The notes under the pieces were generated by a model. The model saw only the letters and a list, made by a program, of their open reading frames with translations. It searched no databases and was not told where the DNA came from. 64,000 nt of DNA from Gammaproteobacteria bacterium (GTDB lineage: Bacteria; Pseudomonadota; Gammaproteobacteria; Ga0077554; Ga007554): positions 6,481-70,480 of the forward strand of contig JACPOZ010000001.1 of assembly GCA_016191235.1 (NCBI GenBank). Reading direction: 5' to 3'. The position numbers were made by a program, and so were the translations under genes. This document shows positions 12,524 through 21,874 of this stretch, piece by piece; within the stretch, counting starts at the first letter, position 1; every line of letters starts with the position of its first letter.

Positions 12524-14047
12524 TCAATGTAAACAACACTTCTTGTATTTCTTGCCACTTCCACAGGGACAGGGGTCATTTCGTCCGACTTTAGGCTGTT
12601 CCCGCACGTAGGTTTCAACCGGCATAAACTCATCATCGTCGAACAAAAAACTGTCCTCGCCGGCGATATCTTCTTCCGCCCAACGGCGCTGACGCTGCGC
12701 GATGGCCTCGGGGTCATAAAAGGACCAGGGATCGGGAAAGCGCTCCCATTCAGGGGCGTCGCCGGTTTGGAAAGCGTGGGCTATCTCACCCATATCAAAC
12801 ATCATATACAGTAATCCGGCCTGCTGTTGCTGGAGGTCCACCAGCGACTCCAGCAACAGCCTGTGCCGTTCTCGCGGAAAATTCAAGAGCGCCATTCCCA
12901 TCCAGCAGCGAGCATCATCATCTTCGGTTTCGTCAGCGGCGATGACAGCAACCCAGTCCAGCGCCGCCTCCAGAGCCTCACTGCCTGATGCTGCGGCGGC
13001 TTCCAGGACACACCCCGTAGCTCTGCTGCGGGGATCCCAGCCCAAGGTGCGATCTTCGGCGATGCGGCGCAAGGCGGGGGCAGCAGCTTTGCGCTTGTTC
13101 CTGAACAGGGCCGGCCAGTAAGCAGCCACCCAGTCCCACAGGTCATCGTTCGGCAGATCTCGCATGCGTTTGAAAATTTCCAGCAGCGGGGCAGCGGCGC
13201 GGGGGTCGTCGATGGCGCCCAGAATGAAGATGCAGTGCAGCAAGGCCCACCACTGATCTCCTGCGACATCCGGCCCCCAGTTCTGCTCATCTTCAAGATA
13301 AGCCGACAGGGGCGGCAGCATGTCCGCGCCACGCCGCACGCATTCATCCACCACCACGCGCGGCAGGCGATCGCCCATGGTGAGGATGAATAACATCAAG
13401 CCCTGTTCCGGAATTTCTCGCAGCTCGTCCCCGGTAAAATCAAATTCCATATCCTGCCCTGGGAAAGCATCCTCTTCGTCAAACAAACCCTCAATTTCAA
13501 ATACCCGGCTTGCCATCTTGCTGATGACAGCACCTGTAAGGCCTCGTATTTCGGCAAGAAAGCCGGCGTCGGTGAAGGACACGTCATTGCTGAACAAGAG
13601 CGGCCCATAACGCTCCGGGTCGGCGATGATATTGATGATCAATAACAATTTGCCAAGATCAAGATCGTCATTGGTCATATCCTCCCAGCCCTCGTTTGCC
13701 AATGCACAGGCTTGAACAAAGCCCTGGCACCAAAGATCCATCCTGGGCAAGGTATCACCACCGCGCTGCTCTGTTGCCGCCTGGGGCTCGAATGCCCCCT
13801 CGATCAAATCCTCGACAACTTCTTCGAACACCTGCATAACAAGGCCAATAATTTCATCAGGAGCAACCGCATCATCGGGCAACCCCAAGGCTAACGGCAG
13901 CCAAGGTTGCTCATGCACCTCATCCGGCCCCATGGCTACCCCTGTCAGGAAACCATGCATCGTGGAAAAATCCATGGCGTTCGGATAGATCCCGGCAGCG
14001 GCGCGCAATTGTTGGAAGGACGTGGGGTGTGCAGGCGATGAAATCAT
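12524..14047 (-). CDS. SEC-C metal-binding domain protein with UPF0149/YecA-like N-terminus
   Basis: 507 aa. N-terminal ..[16 protein letters not shown].. (YecA-like), very acidic middle region, C-terminal [19 protein letters not shown] (SEC-C motif). Confidence 0.8.
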   Translation of the reverse strand: MISSPAHPTSFQQLRAAAGIYPNAMDFSTMHGFLTGVAMGPDEVHEQPWLPLALGLPDDAVAPDEIIGLVMQVFEEVVEDLIEGAFEPQAATEQRGGDTLPRMDLWCQGFVQACALANEGWEDMTNDDLDLGKLLLIINIIADPERYGPLLFSNDVSFTDAGFLAEIRGLTGAVISKMASRVFEIEGLFDEEDAFPGQDMEFDFTGDELREIPEQGLMLFILTMGDRLPRVVVDECVRRGADMLPPLSAYLEDEQNWGPDVAGDQWWALLHCIFILGAIDDPRAAAPLLEIFKRMRDLPNDDLWDWVAAYWPALFRNKRKAAAPALRRIAEDRTLGWDPRSRATGCVLEAAAASGSEALEAALDWVAVIAADETEDDDARCWMGMALLNFPRERHRLLLESLVDLQQQQAGLLYMMFDMGEIAHAFQTGDAPEWERFPDPWSFYDPEAIAQRQRRWAEEDIAGEDSFLFDDDEFMPVETYVREQPKVGRNDPCPCGSGKKYKKCCLH

Positions 14048-14092
14048 GAGTTGGTTCCTCTTGGCGGTTTTGACAGCCCTGCGGAGTTCGGG

Positions 14093-14129
14093 GGAGCTGA
14101 CATCATTTTGTCACGTAAATACCCAGATC
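14093..14129 (+). repeat. direct repeat copy 1 (ggagctgacatcattttgtcacgtaaatacccagatc), left boundary of the TA islet
   Basis: Near-identical copy at 16851-16889 in the same orientation. Confidence 0.8.
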
Positions 14130-14147
14130 GTCCCACGCCCCAAAACC

Positions 14148-14229
14148 GTTCGCCCTGAGACTGTCGAAGGGCCGTTCATGGTTCGACAAACTCACCACGA
14201 ACGGCGGTGTATCCCCTATTTCGCCGTGG
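14148..14229 (+). repeat. REP-like element, family B (..ccgttcatggttcgacaaactcaccacgaacgg..)
   Basis: Internal hairpin ccgttc.tgg/cca.gaacgg. Second copy in inverted orientation at 32260-32332. Confidence 0.75.
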
Positions 14230-14246
14230 GACAATTTGGGATCACC

Positions 14247-14522
14247 CTAACGATCCTCGCGCGTATGCCACAGCCGCAGCACATAGATGGTGGATTCCTG
14301 AATTTCGTAGCGCATCTCGTAGTGCCCGACGAGAATTCGACGTACCTCGCGCGCCTCGAATTCTTCGAGTTTTTCGCCGATGCGCGGGTTCGCCAACAGG
14401 CTTGCCGGTGCGGCGGTAAGCGACTGCACAGTGTGAGCAGCAGCTCCCCTGTTCACCAGAGCCAGAAATTCATATAGCCGCGCCAGATCGGATAACGCTT
14501 TGCTCGTCCACTTCAATTCCAT
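14247..14522 (-). CDS. type II toxin, RelE/ParE family
   Basis: 91 aa, MELKWTSKALSDLARLYEFL...RRILVGHYEMRYEIQESTIYVLRLWHTRE. Overlaps the upstream antitoxin gene by 1 nt. Confidence 0.85.
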   Translation of the reverse strand: MELKWTSKALSDLARLYEFLALVNRGAAAHTVQSLTAAPASLLANPRIGEKLEEFEAREVRRILVGHYEMRYEIQESTIYVLRLWHTREDR

Positions 14523-14794
14523 TAGCGTGGTATCGGCAACGGGGCGGCGTCAGCGCTGAGGCTATCGGCCCACGCCTGCACGGCCTGATGGTCGATGACG
14601 CGCCCAGCATCCACATCGGCCAATGCTTCTCGCGTCAGACGGCTACGTTCCTCTTCCTGCTCGATCCAGGCCGACAGCGCCTGCTTCATGATCCAGCCGC
14701 GCGATCGCTCAAGGCGAGCGGCCATCTGATCGACTTTCTCGGCCAGCGGCAATGGAACATGGGCGGTAAGCACTTTGGTTTCTGTCTGCGCCAT
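14522..14794 (-). CDS. type II antitoxin, CopG/ribbon-helix-helix (ParD-like)
   Basis: MAQTETKVLTAHVPLPLAEKVDQMAARLERSRGWIMKQALSAWIEQEEE.. Start set to ATG 14794, preceded by AGGAGA. Confidence 0.8.
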   Translation of the reverse strand: MAQTETKVLTAHVPLPLAEKVDQMAARLERSRGWIMKQALSAWIEQEEERSRLTREALADVDAGRVIDHQAVQAWADSLSADAAPLPIPR

Positions 14795-14964
14795 GACTGA
14801 TCTCCTAATAGCTGTCGATTCATTTTGAATCATAAAGATTAATAATGATTTAATCAAGCGGGTGCGTCATTTTGGGTAAGTTTGACGGAAGGGAAATTAA
14901 CCTAGAAACGCAGTTGGACAGGGGATGGGCAGGCCGCATCGACCTATCACCTCTTTCGACACAA

Positions 14965-15339
14965 TCATTCTTGCTGCCGTTCGGCCAACGAGCTCACCAC
15001 CTGATCTGCGCCAATCAACGGAATTATCCTGAGCAGCACTTCCTCATATACGCCGGCCTCTGCCGTCGCGACTTTCTTCACCTTTTGTGCTCTCCAATCC
15101 AGTGTCGTCACCAAATTGGACGCCACCACACTGGGACTATCCAGGTTATTTACAGGCACCTCCGTGGGTGCGTGGCGAATACTGGTGCTAATCGGGCAAC
15201 AGATCAAAAGCCCCGTCGCCTTGTTGTAAGCTTTGCCAGATAACACCAATGCCGGGCGGTACTTCCCAATTTCCTTGCCCTTGGTCGGCTCGAAATCGAG
15301 CCAGACAATCTCATTACGTTCGGGGACATATCCAGCCAC
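14965..15339 (-). CDS. type II toxin, MazF/PemK family endoribonuclease
   Basis: ..YVPERNEIVWLDFEPTKGKEIGKYRPALVLS..LLICCPISTS.. GTG 15339 lies 1 nt after the MazE-like stop. The ORF-track start further upstream would overlap the antitoxin. Confidence 0.82.
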   Translation of the reverse strand: MAGYVPERNEIVWLDFEPTKGKEIGKYRPALVLSGKAYNKATGLLICCPISTSIRHAPTEVPVNNLDSPSVVASNLVTTLDWRAQKVKKVATAEAGVYEEVLLRIIPLIGADQVVSSLAERQQE

Positions 15340-15340
15340 G

Positions 15341-15625
15341 CTATTCCCCCGCTTCGCTTGCCAGCGGGGCGGGCAATTCATCCGCATGCGCTTTTACAGG
15401 CGTCAATCCTCGCACCAATTCCGCCTCGGAATACGGGAGTTTGAGTCGGGCTGGCTTTTTCACGGCGGGCTTGACGAGCAGCCCTTGTTCGGTGATCTCG
15501 ATCTCCACCTTTGATCCTTTGGACAAATGCGCCAGATCGCCCATGGGGCGGGTAATTCTGAGCCCTAGACTATTTCCCCAAGGTTGAATAGTGCCTTCAA
15601 ACTTTGCCTTTTTCGCTGAAATCAT
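15341..15625 (-). CDS. type II antitoxin, AbrB/MazE/SpoVT family
   Basis: MISAKKAKFEGTIQPWGNSLGLRITRPMGDLAHLSKGSKVEIEI.. (swapped-hairpin motif). Start at ATG 15625. Confidence 0.8.
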   Translation of the reverse strand: MISAKKAKFEGTIQPWGNSLGLRITRPMGDLAHLSKGSKVEIEITEQGLLVKPAVKKPARLKLPYSEAELVRGLTPVKAHADELPAPLASEAGE

Positions 15626-15839
15626 CGCCACTCCGTACTTCAAAACAGATATCACCGCACATACAAAAAAGTATGTACGGAGTAGTTACGTTGTCAAGGG
15701 CTAGATAACCTGTGTTCACGCCGAAACGGCGTGCCCTTTTGCCCCCCCGTTAACATGCCAATGATCTATCTTCTTCCGGCCCGTCTCTCGCACCAGATCG
15801 CCCTTTGTGAAAATCAATATGCTGCATGGCTGGCTCCAG

Positions 15840-15922
15840 TGGCTGACTCCAGGACACCCATAATTTATTGCGGCCTGTATCTCCCCACCTCCCCTTATCG
15901 CGCCGCCCGCACACCGCGCAAT
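15840..15922 (+). repeat. 83-bp perfect direct repeat, copy 1
   Basis: tggctgactccaggacacccataatttattgcggcctgtatctccccacctccccttatcgcgccgcccgcacaccgcgcaat, identical to 16381-16463. Confidence 0.9.
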
Positions 15923-16162
15923 GGCCCTGAATCACCTCCCGAATATCGATATCCGTCGCTCATCGGCCCCCGCAACACCCCCGGCGATACTTTTCGCTTG
16001 ACACCCTTGGCCCTGCCAACCCTACAATCCCCTTTATATTATAGTTAGTCATCACTCCGGCGGTTCAGTCCAACAAGGTTTATCCGCCGCGAAACAGGTC
16101 TGCGCTCCGTTTCAAGTTATCGACGCGGCGGATAAACGCTATTCGTTAGGTTTGGAGGCCAC

Positions 16163-16357
16163 ATGAAGAACATAAATATTTTTTCGCAATTCAATATAAA
16201 TTTTATCGTACTAGTTACCCCATTTTTACTAACTGCTTGTGGTGGCCCTGATGAGTGGGTATGTAAAAGTAGCACGAATGCAAACGGTGACGCGGTTCAA
16301 TACGCTGAAAATATTAATACAGGTGAAATTGGTGCTTATAGCAACTGCAAGGAATAA
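16163..16357 (+). CDS. small putative lipoprotein (64 aa) in an AT-rich insert
   Basis: Lipobox LLTAC after a hydrophobic leader, GGAGG just upstream, markedly AT-richer than the surroundings. No homology recognised. Confidence 0.35.
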   Translation: MKNINIFSQFNINFIVLVTPFLLTACGGPDEWVCKSSTNANGDAVQYAENINTGEIGAYSNCKE

Positions 16358-16380
16358 TTTTTACCATACAATTAACGTCA

Positions 16381-16463
16381 TGGCTGACTCCAGGACACCC
16401 ATAATTTATTGCGGCCTGTATCTCCCCACCTCCCCTTATCGCGCCGCCCGCACACCGCGCAAT
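16381..16463 (+). repeat. 83-bp perfect direct repeat, copy 2
   Basis: Identical to 15840-15922. Confidence 0.9.
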
Positions 16464-16504
16464 TGCCGTCTGTGTCACCGGAGACCACTAGCACTCAACC
16501 GCCC

Positions 16505-16834
16505 TTGATGCCATTGATTAAAGCCAATCAAGACGAGCACGTGCATCGCCTAGGCTACACCGAACGCGACTACTTAGAATTGGTCGACTGGGCAGGTCGG
16601 GCTGTCCGACCTGACAAGCGTGGCGCAATTCCTGGCCATATTCCGCCAATCTTAGACCGACTCGGGCTTGACCCGGGACGTTATCTCCACTACATGAGAG
16701 GGAAGTCCAAGCTCACCCACTACCTAACGGCAATTGGTCCGCTTGATCAACTGCAAGCCCTGGTAAAGAAAATGAGTCAATCCTTCTTGAAGGGAAATGT
16801 ACTCGCCCGACAGCTATATTGCTCCAGCGTGTAA
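16505..16834 (+). pseudogene. C-terminal remnant of an IS200-like/Y1 (REP-associated type) transposase
   Basis: ..LMPLIKANQDEHVHRLGYTERDYLELVDWAGRAVRPDKRGAIPGHIPPILDRLGLDPGRYL.. resembles the C-terminal ~110 aa of ~320-aa Y1 transposase-like proteins as I recall them. The catalytic N-terminal two-thirds is absent. Confidence 0.6.
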
Positions 16835-16850
16835 CGAGCGTGGGGCAAAT

Positions 16851-16889
16851 GGAGCTTTGACATCATTTTGTCACGTAAATACCCATATC
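16851..16889 (+). repeat. direct repeat copy 2 (ggagctttgacatcattttgtcacgtaaatacccatatc), right boundary of the TA islet
   Basis: Matches 14093-14129 apart from a 2-nt indel and one substitution. Confidence 0.8.
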
Positions 16890-16928
16890 ATAGCGCTCGT
16901 CACAATAAGAGCGAAGGGATCAGAGACA

Positions 16929-17204
16929 ATGACACAAGGCAATATATACCACCCCGGCAGTGATGAAAATAATGCGGAATTTTACATGCATGCCGCATTG
17001 CGCGGGGATCCGGTGGCGCAGTGTTACCTGGGCATTATGTACGAGAAAGGGATGGGCGTGCCGATGGACAGACACGAGGCGGCAAAGTGGTATCGCCACG
17101 CTGCTGAGCAAGGCTACCCCGATGCACAAGCAAGCCTGGAGATCCTTTATAGCGGGGCGCTGCTACACCACCAATTGACGCATAGCAAACCCGTGACGAA
17201 CTAA
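16929..17204 (+). CDS. Sel1-repeat (TPR-like) protein
   Basis: 91 aa from ATG 16929. GDPVAQCYLGIMYEKGMGVPMDRHEAAKWYRHAAEQGYPDAQASL is a canonical Sel1 repeat pair. Confidence 0.7.
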   Translation: MTQGNIYHPGSDENNAEFYMHAALRGDPVAQCYLGIMYEKGMGVPMDRHEAAKWYRHAAEQGYPDAQASLEILYSGALLHHQLTHSKPVTN

Positions 17205-17215
17205 AATAGAGAGGA

Positions 17216-17701
17216 TTAATACCGCCCGTGCTGTTTGCTGATGTAGTTGGTCAGCTCCACATACTGGTTGTTCATGCGCCGCACAATGGCATGCACCGAG
17301 CGGACGATGGAGCGCATCACGCGGTACACGATCAGGGGATCAGTGTTGAGCAGCGCTTCGAAAGACTCGCGGCGCAGGGTAAACACTTCGGTATCGCCAA
17401 TCGAAGTTAGCGTTGCGCTGTGTTCCAGTCCATCGATAAAGCCTAAAGCACCCGCCAAATCCCCTGTCTTGAGAATATGCAGGGTGGCCGACTCGCCTCC
17501 CCCGCTCTCTTTGACTACGGCAAGCATGCCGCTCATGACCACATGCAGACTGTTGTCGCTATGCCCCTCCTGAATCAAAACCTCCCCATCTTTCAAGCGG
17601 CGGGTTTCGATAACCTTGGCTAATACCCTGCATTGATCGTCGGTCAACTCCACCGCAAAGGGCGAGGAACGGAGAATGTCATACTTGATCTGGTCACTCA
17701 T
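17216..17701 (-). CDS. stand-alone cyclic-nucleotide-binding domain protein
   Basis: 161 aa from ATG 17701. ..RRLKDGEVLIQEGHSDNSLHVVMSGMLAVVKE....LKTGDLAGALGFIDGLEHSATLTS.. (cNMP-binding beta-roll). No output domain. Confidence 0.8.
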   Translation of the reverse strand: MSDQIKYDILRSSPFAVELTDDQCRVLAKVIETRRLKDGEVLIQEGHSDNSLHVVMSGMLAVVKESGGGESATLHILKTGDLAGALGFIDGLEHSATLTSIGDTEVFTLRRESFEALLNTDPLIVYRVMRSIVRSVHAIVRRMNNQYVELTNYISKQHGRY

Positions 17702-17761
17702 GGAGAACCCACCCGGTGATGAATTTAGCACCTGATTATAACCATGCCGCAACGCCTGTCA

Positions 17762-18841
17762 TCAGGCCATATTTTCCAATATGGCGCGCTTGACGGACTC
17801 CAGGGTTGCCTCGACGGTATGCACCGGGGAGGTGCTCTGACTGATGGCAATATCCGGATCCTTGAGTCCATGGCCCGTGAGGGTGCACACCACCTTGCTG
17901 CCCTCGGGAATCTTGCCCGATTTGATATCGCGCATCGCGCCTGCCAGCGAGGTCGCCGAGGCGGGTTCGCAGAATACGCCCTCTTTTAGAGCAAGCAGCT
18001 TCTGCGCGGCAAGAATTTCCTGGTCGGTACATTCGTCAAACCAGCCGCTGGACTCCTCTCTTACCTTCCACGCCTTGTCCCAGCTTTGCGGATGGCCGAT
18101 GCGTATCGCCGTGGCCACGGTTTCGGGATTATCGACGGGCCGGCCACGCATGAACGGGGCAGAACCAGCCGCTTGATAACCCACCATGCGCGGACGATTA
18201 TTGGCGATGCCGTGCTCCTGGTATTCCTTGTAACCCATCCAGTGGGCGGTAATGTTGCCCGCGTTGCCGACCGGCAGGCAATGGAAATCCGGCGCGCACT
18301 CCAACTCTTCAACAATCTCGAAGGCGGCAGTCTTCTGGCCTTGCAGGCGGAAGGGGTTAATGGAGTTGACGATAGTAACCGGCGCCTCCAGCGCGACATC
18401 CTTGACCAGTTGCATACCGGCATCGAAGTTGCCCTTGATCTGGATCACCACCGCACCGTGGATCATCGCCTGGGCGAGTTTGCCGAGCGCGATTTTCCCA
18501 TCGGGGATCAGCACGAACGAGGCGATCCCCGCGCGCGACGCATAGGCGGCAGCGGCAGCGGAGGTATTGCCGGTGGAGGCGCAGATGATGGCGCGGCTTC
18601 CCTCCTCCACCGCCTTGGTCACCGCCATGGTCATGCCACGGTCCTTGAACGAGCCGGTGGGATTAAGGCCTTCGTATTTGACGTAGATATCCACTTCCTT
18701 GCCCAACAGGCGCGGGATATTGTTTAGCCGGATCAGCGGGGTATTACCCTCGCCAAGACTGATGATACGCGTGTCGTCGTGGACAGGCAGGCGATCGCGG
18801 TATTTGTCGATCAGGCCGGTGTAGCGGGGGCGGAATGGCAT
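17762..18841 (-). CDS. thrC: threonine synthase (short form)
   Basis: 359 aa, ..LGEGNTPLIRL..VKYEGLNPTGSFKDRGMTMAV.. PLP-lysine motif. Confidence 0.93.
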   Translation of the reverse strand: MPFRPRYTGLIDKYRDRLPVHDDTRIISLGEGNTPLIRLNNIPRLLGKEVDIYVKYEGLNPTGSFKDRGMTMAVTKAVEEGSRAIICASTGNTSAAAAAYASRAGIASFVLIPDGKIALGKLAQAMIHGAVVIQIKGNFDAGMQLVKDVALEAPVTIVNSINPFRLQGQKTAAFEIVEELECAPDFHCLPVGNAGNITAHWMGYKEYQEHGIANNRPRMVGYQAAGSAPFMRGRPVDNPETVATAIRIGHPQSWDKAWKVREESSGWFDECTDQEILAAQKLLALKEGVFCEPASATSLAGAMRDIKSGKIPEGSKVVCTLTGHGLKDPDIAISQSTSPVHTVEATLESVKRAILENMA

Positions 18842-18900
18842 AAATAAACCTCAAAATTCTCGATGTATCTCAGCAAGCGCAACAATACGTGACATGTAAT

Positions 18901-19009
18901 GTAGGGCGGGTTAGCGTTTTTTGCGTAACCCGCCAAAGCGTGCGAAGCACACAAACCGTTTCTAAATGAGTGCCTGACGGCACGGCTGGCGGGTTACAAC
19001 CCGCCCTAC
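18901..19009. repeat. REP-like palindromic element, family A (GTAGGGCGGGTTAGCG...CCCGCCCTAC)
   Basis: Terminal inverted GTAGG../..CCTAC arms with internal cgggttac/gtaacccg pairing. Related copies at 25779-25868, 32338-32425 and 39986-40049. Confidence 0.75.
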
Positions 19010-19037
19010 TTTGAATCTACACCCTCACATCGAAAGA

Positions 19038-20354
19038 TCATCTGGTCAAATGCTCCAATCGCATCCTCATCACTGGCCCCGCCATCGTCCCCAGCGCCTC
19101 GATACGCCGGATGGCTTCGTTCATCTGTCTCTCGCGGATGCGGTGGGTGAGGATCACCACGGGCACCGTGTCGTCGCCGCCATTGGCCGGTGCTTTTTGC
19201 AGCATGGCCTCGATGCTGATGCCCTGATCGGCGAGGATGCGCGTTACGTCGGCCAATACGCCGGGGCGGTCTTGGGCCTGCATGCGCAGGTAATAGGCGG
19301 TTTCCACTTTTTCCATGGGTAGGATCGGCAGATCGGACAAGGCATCGGGCTGGAACGCCAGATGCGGCACGCGGTTTTCCGGGTCGGCGGTGAGGGTACG
19401 CACCACGTCGACCAGGTCGGCCACCACTGCCGAAGCGGTGGGTTCGGCGCCCGCGCCCGCGCCGTAAAACAGCGTGGGACCGACGGCGTCGCCCTTCACC
19501 AGCACGGCGTTCATCACCCCATCCACGTTGGCGATCAGGCGGCGATGCGGGATCAGCGTGGGATGGACGCGCAGCTCGATGCCTTCTTCGGTACGGCGCG
19601 CAATACCCAGATGCTTGATGCGGTAGCCCAGTTCTTCGGCGTAGCCGACATCCTGGCGAGTGATGCGGCTGATGCCCTCGGTATAGGCCTTATCGAACTG
19701 CAAGGGGATGCCAAAGGCGATGGAGGCAAGGATAGTGAGTTTGTGCGCCGCATCGATGCCCTCCACGTCGAAGGTGGGATCGGCCTCGGCGTAGCCCAGA
19801 CGTTGCGCCTCGGCCAGCACATCGGCGAAATCACGCCCTTTATCACGCATCTCGGTGAGAATGAAATTTCCGGTGCCATTAATAATGCCCGCCAGCCATT
19901 CGATGCGGTTACCGGCCAGGCCTTCGCGTATCGCCTTGATGATCGGAATGCCGCCCGCCACTGCGGCCTCGAAGGCCACCATCACGCCCTTGTCGCGCGC
20001 TGCGGCGAAGATTTCGTTGCCATAACGGGCGATCAGCGCCTTGTTGGCAGTCACCACATGCTTGCCGTTGGCGATGGCGCGCAGCACCAGCTCACGCGCC
20101 TGGTCCGTGCCGCCGATCAGTTCGACGATGACCTGCAACTCGGGATTATTGACCACCTCGAAAGGATCCTGAGTGAGTGTGATTCCGCTAGTGTCGCAGA
20201 TGCGCGGCTTGCTCAAGTCCCGCGCGCTGGCGTGGACAACCTCAATACCGCGCCCGGCGCGCCGCATGATCTCCTGGGCGTTGCGCGACAACACCTTGAC
20301 CGTGCCGCCGCCAACCGTACCCAAGCCCAGCAGACCTACTTTTACTGGATTCAT
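19038..20354 (-). CDS. hom: homoserine dehydrogenase
   Basis: 438 aa. N-terminal [11 protein letters not shown] Rossmann motif, C-terminal ACT domain. ATGA overlap with the upstream aminotransferase stop. Confidence 0.95.
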   Translation of the reverse strand: MNPVKVGLLGLGTVGGGTVKVLSRNAQEIMRRAGRGIEVVHASARDLSKPRICDTSGITLTQDPFEVVNNPELQVIVELIGGTDQARELVLRAIANGKHVVTANKALIARYGNEIFAAARDKGVMVAFEAAVAGGIPIIKAIREGLAGNRIEWLAGIINGTGNFILTEMRDKGRDFADVLAEAQRLGYAEADPTFDVEGIDAAHKLTILASIAFGIPLQFDKAYTEGISRITRQDVGYAEELGYRIKHLGIARRTEEGIELRVHPTLIPHRRLIANVDGVMNAVLVKGDAVGPTLFYGAGAGAEPTASAVVADLVDVVRTLTADPENRVPHLAFQPDALSDLPILPMEKVETAYYLRMQAQDRPGVLADVTRILADQGISIEAMLQKAPANGGDDTVPVVILTHRIRERQMNEAIRRIEALGTMAGPVMRMRLEHLTR

Positions 20355-21553
20355 GTTCCCGTCCCCAACAATATTCCGTCTTTCTTGAACATATCGCGTA
20401 TACCGCGTATCGCCTGACGGGTGCGGTGTTCATTCTCGATCAACCCGAAGCGCACATGGTCATCGCCATACTCGCCAAAACCAATGCCCGGCGCCACTGC
20501 GACCTTGGCATCTTCCAGCAGTCTCTTGGAGAATTCCAGCGATCCGAGATGACGATACTGTTCGGGAATCGGCGCCCAGACAAACATCGTCGCCTTGGGC
20601 GGCTCGACCGGCCAGCCCAGCGCATTGAGGCCGCTGCACAGCACGTCGCGGCGGCGTTTGTACATGTCAGAAATCTCCTTCACGCACTCCTGCGGCCCTT
20701 CCAGGGCGGTAATCGCCGCCACCTGGATGGGTGTGAACATGCCATAATCAAGATAGGATTTCATGCGCGCCAGCGCCGCCACCAGCGTGGGATTGCCGAC
20801 CATGAAACCGACGCGCCATCCAGGCATGTTATAGCTCTTGGAAAGCGTGAAAAACTCCACCGCCACTTCTTTTGCGCCCGGCACCTGCATGATGGACGGC
20901 GCCTCATAGCCATCGAACACGATATCGACATAGGCAAGGTCATGCACCACCCAGATCTTGTGCTCACGCGCGATGGCGATCACTTTCTCGAAAAAGGCCA
21001 AGTCAACGCACTGAGTGGTGGGGTTGCCTGGGAAGTTGAGCACCAGCATCTTGGGGCGCGGCCAGCAGTCCTTGATCGCCTTTTCCAGCTCGGCAAAAAA
21101 ATCCCCGCCCGGCACCAGCGGCACATGACGGATATCCGCCCCGGCGATGACAAAACCATAGGGATGGATGGGATAGGCCGGATTGGGCACCATCACCACG
21201 TCGCCCGGCCCCATGGTGGCGAAGGCCAAATGCGCCAAGCCCTCCTTGGAACCGATGGTGACGATAGCTTCGCTGTCCGGGTTAAGATCCACGCCGAAGC
21301 GACGCTGATACCAGGTGCAAATCGCCTTGCGCAGGCGTGGGATTCCTTTCGATACTGAATAGCGGTGCGTGTCGCCACGCTGGGCGGCCTCGACCATCTT
21401 GTCCACGATATGCTTGGGCGTGGGCTGATCGGGATTACCCATGCCGAAGTCGATGATGTCCTCCCCGCGCGCGCGCGCCTTGGCCTTCAATTCACCAACA
21501 ATATTGAAGACATAAGGGGGAAGGCGCTTAATTCTGGCAAATTCGTTGTTCAA
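20351..21553 (-). CDS. class I/II PLP-dependent aminotransferase (AlaC-type alanine/glutamate-pyruvate transaminase)
   Basis: 400 aa, [42 protein letters not shown]...[14 protein letters not shown] (PLP lysine). The aminotransferase-hom-thrC order is common in betaproteobacteria. Confidence 0.88.
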   Translation of the reverse strand: MNNEFARIKRLPPYVFNIVGELKAKARARGEDIIDFGMGNPDQPTPKHIVDKMVEAAQRGDTHRYSVSKGIPRLRKAICTWYQRRFGVDLNPDSEAIVTIGSKEGLAHLAFATMGPGDVVMVPNPAYPIHPYGFVIAGADIRHVPLVPGGDFFAELEKAIKDCWPRPKMLVLNFPGNPTTQCVDLAFFEKVIAIAREHKIWVVHDLAYVDIVFDGYEAPSIMQVPGAKEVAVEFFTLSKSYNMPGWRVGFMVGNPTLVAALARMKSYLDYGMFTPIQVAAITALEGPQECVKEISDMYKRRRDVLCSGLNALGWPVEPPKATMFVWAPIPEQYRHLGSLEFSKRLLEDAKVAVAPGIGFGEYGDDHVRFGLIENEHRTRQAIRGIRDMFKKDGILLGTGT

Positions 21554-21874
21554 GCTGGTTTGTCCAAATAACTTCCGAGAGAAAACAGGGTGCGCGGCGC
21601 AAACGGCAGCCGGCGCGTCAAAACTTTAAACATTACCGATGCCGGGCGAAACTGTCAATGATCGAAACGGGAAATGGCTTGAAAATCAGGCGTAGGGCAC
21701 ATAAAACAACTCTAGAAACAGACGTGAAATGTTGCCGTGGCAGCCATTGACAAAAAAACCTAAAGGAAGATGATAGGCATTCGATAACGTGTGTTGGCGA
21801 TCAGGCGAAACAACTACGGGTGCCCTGCAACCACCGCCTGACTGCATTCTCCCCCCCTCAAAATGGAGCTTGAT

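Noticed and set aside
15840-16463. Small ORF flanked by repeats considered as an integron gene cassette with attC sites
   Set aside because: The 83-bp repeat has no internal imperfect dyad and no RYYYAAC/GTTRRRY core sites. No intI gene or attI is nearby. The repeats are direct and identical rather than cassette-specific.
16409-16504. Full 141-aa ORF 16409-16834 as an intact gene
   Set aside because: Its first ~32 codons are simply the 83-bp direct repeat read in frame. Only the portion from about 16505 resembles a transposase C-terminus, so it is annotated as a remnant.
21700-21874. OxyR/PerR operator upstream of the catalase gene
   Set aside because: Only a partial ATAG-N7-ATAA fragment (around gatgataggcattcgataacg) is visible. 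There is no full four-element OxyR motif or Per box, so it is not supportable from sequence alone.
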